The position numbers and the translations under genes are program-made. Source: Heterodontus francisci (Eukaryota). From it: a stretch of 64,000 nt of DNA. Shown piece by piece: positions 37,701-50,007 of the stretch; the first letter of the stretch is position 1; each line of letters starts with the position of its first letter. The notes below the pieces were generated by a model. The model was not told the origin of the DNA. It did no database searches and saw only the letters and a list, made by a program, of their open reading frames with translations. The DNA is taken from assembly GCF_036365525.1 (NCBI RefSeq), contig NC_090414.1, forward strand, positions 21,103,846-21,167,845, read 5' to 3'.

Positions 37701-40700
37701 CAGCCGGAGATCTTGGGGGTCAAGGAGCTAGTGCCGGGCCGCTTGCTCCACCTCGCCGTTCACCTGGGTAGCGTGCCGCTCCACTTTGTGAACGTGTACG
37801 CGCCCAGGCCCGGCGCTTTGCAAGCGCGCTTCTTTGAAGAAGTGTCCACTCTCTTGAGCTCCATCGATAGCGGCGAGTGCATCATCCTCGGGGGGGATTT
37901 TAACTGCACCCTCGAGGTGGGGGAATCGCTCCGGACCCCAGCACGGCCAAGCGTCGGTGGAGAAGTTGAGGGAACTGATCAGCTCCCTTAACTTGGTGGA
38001 CGTCTGGCGGAATCTCCATCCCGACTCCAGCGACTTCACGTGGAGGTCTGGAGGAGGAGGTCCGCAAATCGACCGCCTCTACTTTTCACAGGCATACGTC
38101 TCCCGCGTCTCGGCGGCCTCCATGCGGCTGGTGCCGTGCTCGGACCACCGCCTGGTGTGGGTGGAGTTCACTTTGCTCCGCACGCGGGCGGGGTCCGCGT
38201 ACTGGCACTTTTACAACTGGCTGCTGGAGGACGAGCGATTTCGGGACTCGTTCTGTCGATTCTGGGCCGACTGGAGAAGGAAGCAGGGGGGCTTCCCCTC
38301 CTTGAGGCTATGGTGGGATGTGGGCAAGATTCACATCCGCCTCTTCTGTCAGGAGTACGCGAAGGGGTCGACCAAGAGGCGGGAAGCCGAGATCGGGCGC
38401 CTTGAGAGGGAGGTGCTCGACTTGGAATCCCGCCTCGGTCATGCCGTTGCGGACCCGGCTCTGTGGCAGGCGTACAAAGAGAAGAAGGGCGCGCTGAGGG
38501 ACCTGCAGCTCATAGGGTCCCGAGGCGCGTACGTGAGGTCGCGGATCCAGATCCTGGAAGATTTGGACCGCGCCTCACCCTTCTTCTACTCGCTGGAAAA
38601 ATGGCGGGGGGTCCGTAAGCAGCTCGACGAGCTGCTGGCCGACAACGGATCCTCCATCACGGATCCGGAGGGAATGGGCCTCCTGGTCCGTACTTATTAC
38701 AGTGCGTTGTTCTCTCCGGATCCGTCCAGCGAGGATGCGCGCAGAGTTTTGTGGGAGGACCTGCCGCAGGTCAGCCCGGAGGGCGCCGACGGATTGGAGG
38801 CTCCGCTCACGTTGGCGGAGCTGACTGGCGCCCTCCACCAGCTCTCGAGGGGCAAATCCCCAGGGCTGGATGGGTTGACCGTGGAGTTCCTCAGGGCGTT
38901 CTGGGACGTCCTGGGGGACGATTACGCGCGGGTCCTGGGGGAAAGCCTGGCGACCGGAGAGATGCCCCTCTCGTGGCGCAGAGCGGTCATCGTCCTGCTG
39001 CCGAAGAGGGGCGATCTCCGCCTGCTTAAAAACTGGCGTCCGGTCTCCCTCCTCAGCACGGATTATAAGATCTTTGCCCGGGCTATGTCTACCCGCCTGG
39101 GCTCCGTGCTGGCCCACATGATCCACCCCGACCAGTCCTACACGGTCCCGGGCCAGTCCATCCAGGACAACATCCACCTGGTCCGGGACCTGATCCATCT
39201 TTCCCAGAGGACTGGTCAGTCGGTCGCCTTTCTCTCCCTCGATCAGGAGAAGGCGTTCGACAGGGTGAATCACAAATATCTTTTCGGGACTCTGCGCGCT
39301 TTCGGACTCGGGCCGCATTTTGTGGCCCGGGTCCGACTTTTATACGCCGCCGCAGAGTGTCTAGTCAAAGTTAACGGGTCCTTGACGGCGCCCCTTCGCT
39401 TTGGGAGAGGAGTGCGTCAGGGGTGCCCCATGTCCGGCCAATTGTACACCATCTGCGTGGAGCCCTTCCTGTGACTGCTTCGCAGGAGGTTGACGGGATT
39501 GGCTCTGTGCGAGCCGGCCATGCGGGTCGTCCTCTCGGCTTACGCCGACGACGTGCTCCTCGCGGTCACAGTTCCCGTTGACTTGTGGAGGATGCGCGAC
39601 TGCCAGCAGACCTTTTCTGCCGCGTCCTCCGCGAGGATCAATTGGGAGAAATGTTCCGGACTCCTGGTGGGTCAGTGGCGGGTGGACTCCCTGCCGGAGG
39701 AGGTGACACTTTTTGCGTGGAGCACCACGCACCTCCTCTATCTGGGAGTCCACTTTAGCCCCGCTGAGGAAGCCTGGCCGGCAAATGCCAGGAGTTGGAG
39801 GCGAAAGTCACCGCTCGGCTGGGGCGCTAAACAGGACTGCTCCGAGTGCTTTCCTACAGGGGCCGAGCGTTGGTCATAAACCAACTGGTGGCCTCCATGT
39901 TGTGGTACCGGTTGGTCACTTTGGCCCCGCCCCCTGTATTTGCCACCAAGATCCAGAAGAAACTCGTTGATTTCTTCTGGGGCAAGAGGAAACACTGGGT
40001 CTCTGCCGCGGTTCTGAGTCTCCCGATTGAGGAGGGTGGCCAGTCGCTGGTGTGCGTCCGCACCAGGCTGCGACTCTCCGCCTTCGGACCCTGCAGAGAT
40101 ACCTGTACGTCGAGTGTCCTCCCAGATGGTGTGTGCTGGCGACGTATTTTTTCCGCCAGTGTCACTGCCTTCAAGACGACACGCAGCTCCCGGTGGAGTC
40201 CGTTAGCCGCGCTTCTCTGAGGGAGTTGCCTGTCTTTTACCGGGATCTATTCCGAGTCTGGAACATGGTCGTCTCCAGTCAGGGTGCTCCCCTGCCGGCG
40301 GAGGAGAGCGCCTCAGCTGCCCGTGCGGCCGAATCTGGGGACCGTCCGGCGGGCGGAGGAGTAGCCGAAACCCCCGGTTGCCCCTCACTGCGGGTGGCGA
40401 GGGGGCTCGGGAGTGCGGAGCGATCCCGGCTGAGCTGACTCCCGCTCGGCCGGAACTGCTCATCGGACCCAGGCCCCGAAACCCTCTTCGGGAGCCGGTC
40501 CCGCACAACCCGAGCCGCCTCTCGGAAATGCCCTCCGTGCCATTCCAGTTGATGCGGAGGGGTTTCCTGTACGGGCTGCTCCTGCACACTCTCCACTTCC
40601 TCGCCCTCGTCAGCCAGCCGGACACGCCCTGGCGGCCCGCGTTGCCATCTGGCGGCAAGGGGAAACCCCGATGGAGGTCTCTCTGCACGGGAGTCTTCCC

Positions 40701-41307
40701 CCTTTACATCGGGGACTTGGGATGGAGGGTGCTGCACAGAGCAGTCCCGTGCAATAGACTTTTAAGTAGGTTCATGGACTCCCAGGCCACCTGTACTTTC
40801 TGCGGCCTGGACGAGTCCGTGTTCCACATTTATACGGAGTGTGCGAGGTTGCAGCCCCTCTTTGAGTATCTGAAGGGGCTGCTCCTCAAATTCTGGCTGC
40901 ACTTCAGTCCCACGCTCCTGATCTTTGGGCACCCGGTGCGGAGGGGCTCGGGCCGGGAGGAGGATCTCCTCGTCGGTCTGCTCCTGGGCCTGGCCAAGGT
41001 GGCAATTCACAGGTCCAGGTTGCGGGCCGTCGGGGGGTCCGTCCTCCCCGATTGCCTGCCCCTCTTCCGCGGTTACGTTCGCGCCCGGGTGTCCCTGGAG
41101 AGGGAGCACGCGGTGTCCGCCGGTACGCTTGAGGCCTTCCGCGACCGGTGGGCACCGCAGGGACTGGAGTGCATCGTCGACGCCGAGAATGGCATTTTAA
41201 TTTGAGTTTTTTGTTGATTTATCTGGTTTTAATAAAGTTATTTTAAAAATATAAGTGTGTATATAAAGGGGGCCTGAGGAATAAAGGCCCCCTTGATAAA
41301 AAAAAAA
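34718..41307 (+). mobile_element. Tx1-clade non-LTR retrotransposon, full length, defective (copy 2), antisense in CCS intron 3
   Basis: ORF1 from 35407 (CCHC knuckle, several frameshifts) to 37438; ORF2 ~37469-41205 with start ATG changed to AAG, stop at 39472 and frameshifts; exact duplication CGGGGGTT at 34710-34717 and 41308-41315. Confidence 0.95.
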
Positions 41308-41418
41308 CGGGGGTTAGATGCAGAGTAAAGCTCCCTCCGCACTGTCCCCATCGAACACTCCCAGGGTGTCCTCAACCCATAGCCCAGGACTCTAACAACA
41401 TCTGGTCATTCTACTTAC

Positions 41419-41556
41419 CGAGAGTGGTCGGGCCCATTCCTTTCAGCACAGCCCGTCTCCCCGTGCTCTCTATCAGTGCCTGCACTTCCCCAGACGTCAA
41501 CGTAGTGTCGATCAGAACCTGCTCCGTGCTCACATTAATATCCACCGAGTGGATTC
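41419..41556 (-). CDS. CCS: CCS exon 3
   Basis: GIHSVDINVSTEQVLIDTTLTSGEVQALIESTGRRAVLKGMGPTTL; 138 nt, AG/GT. Confidence 0.93.
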
Positions 41557-41804
41557 CTGTAAGGAATCAGAGGTCAGTCATTAACAGTACAGCTGCTGCA
41601 CCATCAGTATCCTTCCCCCATGGCACAGACCATCCTAACAACTGAAGGGGGGGGATCTCACAGTTATTAGTATATCTCTTGTCTCCCACAAACCCCCCCC
41701 ACACACCATGGCCGGTGATTGGCGCCTGCTATGTTCCGCCTTGTGCCAGAAAAGGGAATTTTGAACAATAATTTGGAGGGACACAATCTCAGGGTAGAAC
41801 CTAC

Positions 41805-41877
41805 CGTTAACCCCCTTCAGGGTATTTCGGATCGCATTGGCACAACTCTCACAACTCATCTGCACCGCAAACTCCAG
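41805..41877 (-). CDS. CCS: CCS exon 2 (Atx1-like HMA domain)
   Basis: LEFAVQMSCESCANAIRNTLKGVN with MXCXXC; 73 nt. Confidence 0.95.
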
Positions 41878-42199
41878 CTGAAAACAACAACAATTTGCAT
41901 TTAATTAGCACCTTCAATGTAGTAAAGCATCTCAAAGCTCTTCACAGGGGCATTATCAGACAAAAACGCCGCACCGAGCTGCATAATGAAATATTAGAAG
42001 CGACCCAAAGCTGGCTCAAAGAGGCAGGTCTTTAGGAGCGTCTTAAAGGAGGAGAGAGAGAGAGAGGCGGAGCGGTTTAGGGAGGGAATTCCAGAGTTTA
42101 GGGCCCCCCAGGGCAGCTGAAGGCACGGCCGCCAATGGTGGAGCGATGGGAGTCGGGGGATGGACAAGAGGGCGGAAATGGAGGAGCGCAGAGATCTCG

Positions 42200-42460
42200 G
42201 AGGGTTGTAGGGGCTGGAGGAGGTTACAGAGATGGGAGGGTTGTGGAGTCTGGAGGAGGTTACAGAGATAGGGAGGGTTGTGGAGTCTGGAGGAGGTTAC
42301 AGAGATAGGGAGGGTTGTGGAGTCTGGAGGAGGTTACAGAGATAGGGAGGGTTGTGGAGTCTGGAGGAGGTTACAGAGATAGGGAGGGTTGTGGAGTCTG
42401 GAGGAGGTTACAGAGATAGGGAGGGTTGTAGAGTCTGGAGGAGGTTACAGAGATAGGGAG
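42200..42460. repeat. 37-bp tandem repeat, about 7 copies, inside a LINE 3' fragment
   Basis: Unit GGGAGGGTTGTGGAGTCTGGAGGAGGTTACAGAGATA. Confidence 0.9.
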
Positions 42461-44461
42461 GGGCGAGGCCATAGAGGGATTGAAAAACAAGGAAGAGAAT
42501 TCTAAAATTAACAGGGGGTGGTGGATGAATGGGACTTGCTGCGAGTTAGGTTTACGGATGGCGGAAAATGGGAAGCCGGTCAGAGGTGACAAAGTCCTGG
42601 ATGAGCCGAGGCAGGGGCGGACACGAGCGATGTCACAGAGATGGAAGTTGGCGATCTTGGTGACGGAGGGGATACAGGGGGATTCGGAAGCTCATCTCAG
42701 GGTTAAATAGGACGCCGGGGGTTTGAACCAGACCGTTCAGTTTTGAGAGAATGGCCAGGCAGAACAGGGTACGTGGTGGGGAGCGAAGACACGCACCCTT
42801 CAAATACTGCCACACGCTGCGTCAACATTATAACGGCAAGTCAAACGAACAGGTCTACATACAGCTCTCCAATGTTTTTCTTTATCATCTCTCTCCCTTC
42901 CAAGGTGGCTCTCACTGGGGGGTCCCGCTTCCACGAATGACCTCCAATTAGCCATTCTCAATGTGTGAACTGGTGGGCTGTTCAACTGTGTAGGGCATCA
43001 CACAATGGCAATCTGCCCAACTGTACACGTGCAGGTATTCTCCAGCAGGAGTCACCGACTTATGACCCGGAGCAGGAACTCACTGCTTTTCCTGCTCCCA
43101 GGAGGGTCGGTGTTCAGAGGAAACACATTAAAGATACGTGGCGAAAGAACTGGAGCAAGGTGATGAGGAGAATTTAAACAAATATATATAAACAGTGTGA
43201 GTTATTACAATCTGGAACACACAGCCTTAGAAACCAATGGAAGCAAAACTCAGCAGTAACTTTCAGAAGGAAATTGGAGAAATAATTGGAGGGAAATCTT
43301 CTGTCGGGCTGAGTAGAACAAGCGGGGGCTGATGTTTAGCGGGACAAATCACAGAGCTCTTTCAAAGAGCCAGCACAGGCAGGATGGGCCGAATGGTCTC
43401 CCTTTATGCCGTACAATTCTACATGGGTGTTGATGGAATGCTCTTGGTGATCGATCGGGCCCTTCCTGCTCCCCCCACCCCAACAAAAACCGTCCGCTAC
43501 AGATTTGTTGATGCCTTTCATGGTTGATCAGCCGATGTGGTCACCCGGGCTGAAATTAGCCAACTCGGTACCATCACGTGACCTTCTAGCCCTGACGAAA
43601 AGGACTTCGGAGAGCAGACGGCTCCAGATACAGTCATAACAGAGCGGTACTGCGTCCCAAGGCTAGTAAGGCGATGAGAAAGACAGAACTTGCATTTATA
43701 TAGCACCTATCACCACCTCGGGACGCCCCAAAGCGCTTTACAGCGAATGAAGTACTTCTGAAGCGCAGTCACCGTTGTAAAGTAGGAAACACGGCAGCCG
43801 ACTTGCGCACAGCAGGATCCCACAAACAGCAAAGTGATAATGACCCAGATCATTTTTGTTTTCTTTTTTCGCGATGGTGATTGAGGATAAATGTTGGTCC
43901 CAGGACACCAGGGAGAAACTGCCCCGCTCTTAGCGGCAGTGGGCTGTTTAGCACCCCGCCCGCAGGGAGAGCTACGTCTGAACCGAAAGATGGCACCTCC
44001 GACAGTGCAGCACCTGCACCTGGGGAGTGTCGTCCTGGATTACGTACGTACGCAAGTTTCTTATCGTGGTCCAGCTGTACGGGTCTGTTTGTACCCTGTG
44101 CGAGCCTTGTGCAAACTATGACTCAGCACAATCTCTGCAACATTTTTCTTTAAAAAAAAAACGTAATTTTCCTGAAAGCACCCCCCGCCCCCGGAAAACA
44201 CACAAGAGAGGGGCGGCAGATAAAGCGGGGGAAGAGGCTTTAAACGGTTTGCCCCTCCACCAAACCAGGAAGGTAACAACAAACCCAAAGGAAATAATGA
44301 AACAGGCGGCAGACTGCGTCAAAAACAGGCAAAGGGCAAGAAAGGGATGCAGCCGACATGCTGTGGCGAGGCAAACACTGAATAGGAGAATAATTGGGGT
44401 TTTCCTCTTTTGCAAGCATTTGTCAGCGACAAATATTGCTTATCCCTGGACATATTCATAC

Positions 44462-44494
44462 CTTACTGCTATCTGAGCTGCTGGTTGCTGCCAT
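44462..44494 (-). CDS. CCS: CCS probable first coding exon
   Basis: aacATGG Kozak context; MAATSSSDSSK then AAG|gtatg donor in phase 0, matching exon 2. Confidence 0.7.
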
Positions 44495-45227
44495 GTTGAA
44501 TGTTACACTTGAACTTCCCCCTCTGACCTGGTAGTAAATCCTTTCCAGCTGTTGTCTCTCAGCTAATTTGTTTGAAGAATCTCTTAACTCAACATTCTTA
44601 AAGCAACATTGACCTGCAAGACATTTCATGTCTCCCCGGGCACCTCTATTGCTGAAAGACAGCGATATAACATGTTTGAAGTGCTTTTATTCTGTTAGGG
44701 CAAGATTTAACGTTAGTTTATATGTAAGGGAACAGGTTGAGACTTTTTTTTATGCAAAGGGTAAAAATTTAAACTTAGCACCTTCCGCGTCCTCGGGTGC
44801 CTCACTGATAATTAAGTACTTCTGAAGTGTGCTCACTGTTGTAAATGTATGAGACACAGAGCAGCCAATTTGCACACAGCAAGATCCCACATGCGAAAAT
44901 GAGCTGGTAATCAGTTCTTATTGATGCTGGTTGAGGAATACATTTTGACTCAGGACGTTGGGGAGAACTCCCCTGCTCTTCTTCGGAATAGTGCCATGGG
45001 ATTCTTGACATCCACCTGAGAGGGTAGACGGGGGCCTCAGTTTAATGTCTCATCACTCAGTGCTGCACTGGGAGTACCAGCCTGGATTATGTGTGTAAAT
45101 CTCTGGAGTGGGACTGGAGTCCACCAGCTTCTGACACTGAGTGCTCCCACTGAGCCACGATTGGTGTTATGTTCTACAATGGCCCATCAGGTTATTGCCA
45201 GAGATTTTCCTTTTCAAAAGCCATTTT

Positions 45228-46520
45228 GTCTAATCTCCCATACCCTTTAATATCCCACCCAGTCTAATCCCACTCTCCCCCTCACTCCCCGTAACCTTTC
45301 ATATCCCACCCAGTCTAATCCCACTCTGCCCCTCACTCCCCATACCCTTTCATATCCCACCCAGTCTAATCCCACTCTCCCCCTCACTCCCCGCACCCTT
45401 TAATATCCCACCCAGTCTAATCCCACTCTCCCCCTCACTCCCTGCACACTTTAATATCCCACCCAGTCTAAACCCGCTCTCCAGCTCACTCCCCACACCC
45501 TTTAATATCCCACCCAGTCTAATCACACTCTCCTCCTCACTCCCCGCACCCTTTAATATCCCACCCAGTCTAATCCCACTCTCCCCCTCACTCCCCACAC
45601 CCTTTCATATCCCACCCAGTCTAATCCCACTCTGCCCCTCACTCCCCATACCCTTTCATATCCCACCCAGTCTAAACCCGCTCTCCAGCTCACTCCCCAC
45701 ACCCTTTAATATCCCACCCAGTCTAATCCCACTCTCCCCCTCAATCCCCTCACCCTTTAATATCCCACCCAGTCTAATCACTCTCCAGCTCACTCCCCAC
45801 ACCCTTTAATATCCCACCCAGTCTAATCCTACTCTCCCTCTCATTCCCCACGCCCTTTAATATCCCACCCAGTCTAATCCCACTCTCCTTCTCACACCCT
45901 TTAATATCCCACCCAGTCTAATCCCACTCTCCAGCTCACTCCCCGCACACTTTCATATCCCACCCAGTCTAATCCCACTCTCCCCCTCACCCTTTAATAT
46001 CCCACCCAGTCTAATCCCACTCTCCCCTCACCCTTTAATATCCCACCCAGTCTAATCCCATTCTCCCCCTCAATCCCTGCACCCTTTAATATCCCACCCA
46101 GTCTAATCCCACTCTCCAGCTCATTCCCCGCACCCTTTCATATCCCACCCAGTCTAATCCCACTCTCCCCCTTTAATATCCCACCCAGTCTAATCCCACT
46201 CTCCCCCTCAATCCCTGCACCCTTTAATATCCCACCCAGTCTAATCCCACTCTCCAGCTCACTCCCCGCACCCTTTCATATCCCACCCAGTCTAATCCCA
46301 CTCTCCCCCTCATCCTTTAGCATCCCACCCAGTCTAATCCCAATCTATCCCATATATTTTAATATCCCAAGTCTAATCCTACTCTATCCCCATATATTTT
46401 AATATCCCAAATTCAATCCCTCTCCCACCTCATACCCTTTAATATCCCACAAAATCTAATCCCACTCTCCCGTTCACTTTCCAAACCCTTTAAAGCCCAC
46501 CCAACCTAATCCTACTCACT
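45228..46520. repeat. ~44-54-bp pyrimidine-rich minisatellite, degenerating rightwards
   Basis: Unit ACCCTTTAATATCCCACCCAGTCTAATCCCACTCTCCCCCTCACTCCCC(GC). Confidence 0.92.
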
Positions 46521-47820
46521 CCCTGTAACATTTAATATCCCATTTTATCTACTCTCACTCTCTGCCTTTACTCTTAGATTTGTGTCATGCTGACTTCCTC
46601 TAACACTTTCTGCCATCATACTTGGGCTGAGAGCATTGCTATTGTAAAAGTTATCCTCACTCAGAAAAGTCCCTCGACAGATTTATTAGCGTACATGTAT
46701 ATATATTTTAAAATTGGTCTCCTGTGGCAACGGACACAGGAATCAAAGAAAATAGGAGGTAACTATCGCTATGGGAAAGTGGTAATGACACTGAACTAAT
46801 TCATGGCCCAGTTTAATGCTCTGGGGACACGAGTTCAAATCCCACCACGGTAGATGGCAAAATTTGAATGAATAAATCTGGAATTTAAAAAGCTAGTCTA
46901 ATGATGACCATGAAATCATTGTTGTTAATGCCCTTTAGAGAGGGAAGTCTGCTGTCGTCTTTACCTGTGACTCCAGCAATGTGGTTGCTTCTTGAAATGG
47001 CAAGGGCAATAAATGCTGGCCGAGCTAGTAATGCCCAAATCCCACCAAAAAAAAAAATAGGGTGCCTGTTTATTAATATATGACTTTCCCCAATCTCGTT
47101 CTTGCTGATACAGCCCCCACCTCCATCATGATTTTGAGTCAGGCACTGCCAACTGTACACAAACATCACAGCTGACCTTTTCTTTAAATGTCTCCATCAT
47201 TAATTCTATGCCTCAGGTCAGATGCCTGCACCCAGTGATGTGGTGTATCAATGTTACTCACCTTAATTTATGGTGTCCGCATTTATACAGCGCACATCAC
47301 CAAATCAGGATGTCCCAAAATACCTTACAGCTAGTGTGGTCAGCGTTGTAATGTAGCAGCCAATTTGTGCACAGCAAGATCCCCCAAACAGCAATGTGAT
47401 AATGACTAGATGTCTCGGTGATTGAGGGCTAAGTATGGATGTTATACATCCACCAGAGAGGGCAGACAGGGTCCCATCTGAAAGACCCGCAGTGCTCCCT
47501 CAGCACTGCACTGCAGCTTCAACCGAGATTTTGCGTCCAAGTCTCTGGAGTGGGTCTTGAACCCACAGCCTTCCGACTGAGAGGCAAGAGATAGCAAGGC
47601 TGACACCCTGGCTAACAACAAGATCAGACCTCAACAGCTATGCATTTCAAACATGTCAGACTAGCGAGTTTGAAGAAGAAAAATGGGCACAACAGGACTT
47701 AGGTGAATGGGGTTTGAGAACCAGATTGTCTGGGCCCCTGGGGAAGGGAACACAGTTGTATGACAACATTTGACAAGTGCAAACATCCAGACACACACAA
47801 AGAAGGTAATTCAGATTAGT

Positions 47821-47826
47821 TTTATT
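47821..47826 (-). terminator. Probable poly(A) signal of the RBM14/RBM4-family gene
   Basis: AATAAA on the minus strand ending a ~2.1-kb stretch below the stop codon with no transposon fragments recognised. Confidence 0.5.
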
Positions 47827-49955
47827 GAATCTCAGCTACACGTTACGTTACAAACACCCCTCCCCACCCCCTTCCAACTCTTTAATTTCAGACACTGGTT
47901 CTCTAGTGTAGGCAATTATTACATAAACTACTAAATTATTTGTCATACTACAAGTAAATTAAATGAGCCTCATTTTTGTTTTATGTAACACCAGACGTGT
48001 AAACTCACCTCCCCCAATCCCATTCCTCTCCTATCCTATCCCTCCCCCAGCCTAAAGAAAACCTTTATTTGCTCTTTCTCTCTCACCATCCATCCTACCG
48101 AAGGCACAGTCCCACAGATGACAGCTCCCCATCAGCAACACACCAGATGGTCATGCTTTAAAGTGTGGTATATTCAATGTTGACCAGCAGTTCGACCATG
48201 GGGAGGGCGTTGCAACTAGAATTTATCCTCACTACCTGCAAAACGCATCGGCTTCAGGAGTCAGCAGCTAGCCAGCGGGTGCTGGAGTTCTGCCAGACCT
48301 GGTCCCTCCGCAGGCAGGGATGCAGTCCCCTCCCACAGAGCACTCATCATAGACCAGGGCATGAGTGTCGAGCCTCCTGCTCTGTACGGCTCAGCGGCAA
48401 ACCGCATGGTACATTTACAGACTGGATCACCAGGGGAGCTACACATTTTGCAAGACGCAGCTCCCTCTACCAAAGCTCTAGCACATGAACGCAAATAGGT
48501 GCGTGCACGTGAGTAGTGCACCCTACCTACCAGATTAAAAAGTATTGAGTACAGCTTTGTTTGCAGTTTTGCCATGGTCTTCATATAAAATGCACACATA
48601 CCCACAGATAAACACACACACACTCTCACTCCATCTGGAAAAGGTACACTGTGCCCTCTCGCAGCAAATCCAGCAGCCAGACATGGAAATATTCTGGAAG
48701 CCAACCAACTTTCCACCCTGGCTTCCTCTCGGTGCGCAACCTGCAGTGGCACCGACAGCTGTAACCTCACCAGCTTTCCCTTTTGTGTCAGTGCGATGGC
48801 ACTGGTCACAGCACGTCGCTTTTAGCAGTAAAAGGGGACGGGCCTGTTTCTCAGGGAAGTCAGGCGGTACGAACTGTTATCTCTAAACCTGGCCAGTAAT
48901 GTACGGGTTACGCACTCTGCGACTGTGCCACCACCACACTGAGCAGAGCCGAGGCTGCAGGAAGATAAAGGACCAAAATAAAAGCACAAGTGCAGAAGGT
49001 GGATCATCCGTTCTTGTGCGTCCCTCAGCAGCCAGTAGCTGAGCAGCGTCGGCAAGCGTAGGAATGCAGCACCCAACTGAGGCAGGGAGACTGAAAAGCA
49101 GCTTTTAATTCGTTTTTAATTATTTGCGGCGGCATAGTTAAGGGCGAGGATAATTTAAAAGGTGGGAGTCTGTTCCGCTTCACTGTACAATCCCTGAAAC
49201 TGTACCACGCGCCTCAGCCGTCTCTAGCTGCTGTTTTTTTAATACCTCGAGGGCTGCCGCTTTGCAGAGGCAGGAGGAGCGACACAGCAGCGGGGCAAAT
49301 GCCTCGATGCCCCTGCACCATCCCTCGAGCTCTGCACTCGTGTGAACTGGGCCCTTCACAAGACGGCCAGCCCCCGAGAAGCAGCCTGCACTCAAGTCGT
49401 GAGGGATGACCAGAGACTGCAGGAGTAATTACAACCGCTGCTCTCTCTCTCTCTCTCTCGAGGGACTGCAAGGCAAATCAGAACAGGCTTCCCCCCTTTA
49501 AAAGGCAGCGTCGTGCGGGAGAACGTCAGTGTTAAGGTGGCCTTTGCCACATGGAGAAAGCACTTGCGTTTGGTGAGGCGATTAGCAGGACTTGTACGAA
49601 GGGAGGTTCGTTGGTTTTTTCGGAGGGGGGGGGGGGGGGGGGAGAGGGGAGGGAAGGGGTGGGGATTGGTGGGAAGTGGGGAAGGTAAGTGTTCGGGAAA
49701 GAAACAAAAAAAAAATTCTGGTGAGTCGCATCTGATCACAATCATCAGTGAGAAAGAGAGCGTTAAGAGTGTTTGCAGAACCTACAGATCACAAGGCTGA
49801 GCTGCAGAGATTATTATTTTTTTTTGAGAGATATATATTTTGTTAAATGCCACGCGCTGTCGTGCCGCGATTGAGCGGGTCGTGTATTCGTCTGGAGAGA
49901 GCAAACTTCTGGTCGGACGGCGGCGGCGGAGGAGGAGGAAGAGGAAATCGTCGGT

Positions 49956-50007
49956 TCATTGGGCATAGCGGGTTTCGGTGGAATTATCGTAGTCGAACTG
50001 ATCATAC
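49956..50007 (-). CDS. RBM14/RBM4-family protein, last coding exon
   Basis: ctttttctcttag acceptor, phase 2; RYDQFDYDNSTETRYAQ*. Confidence 0.75.
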
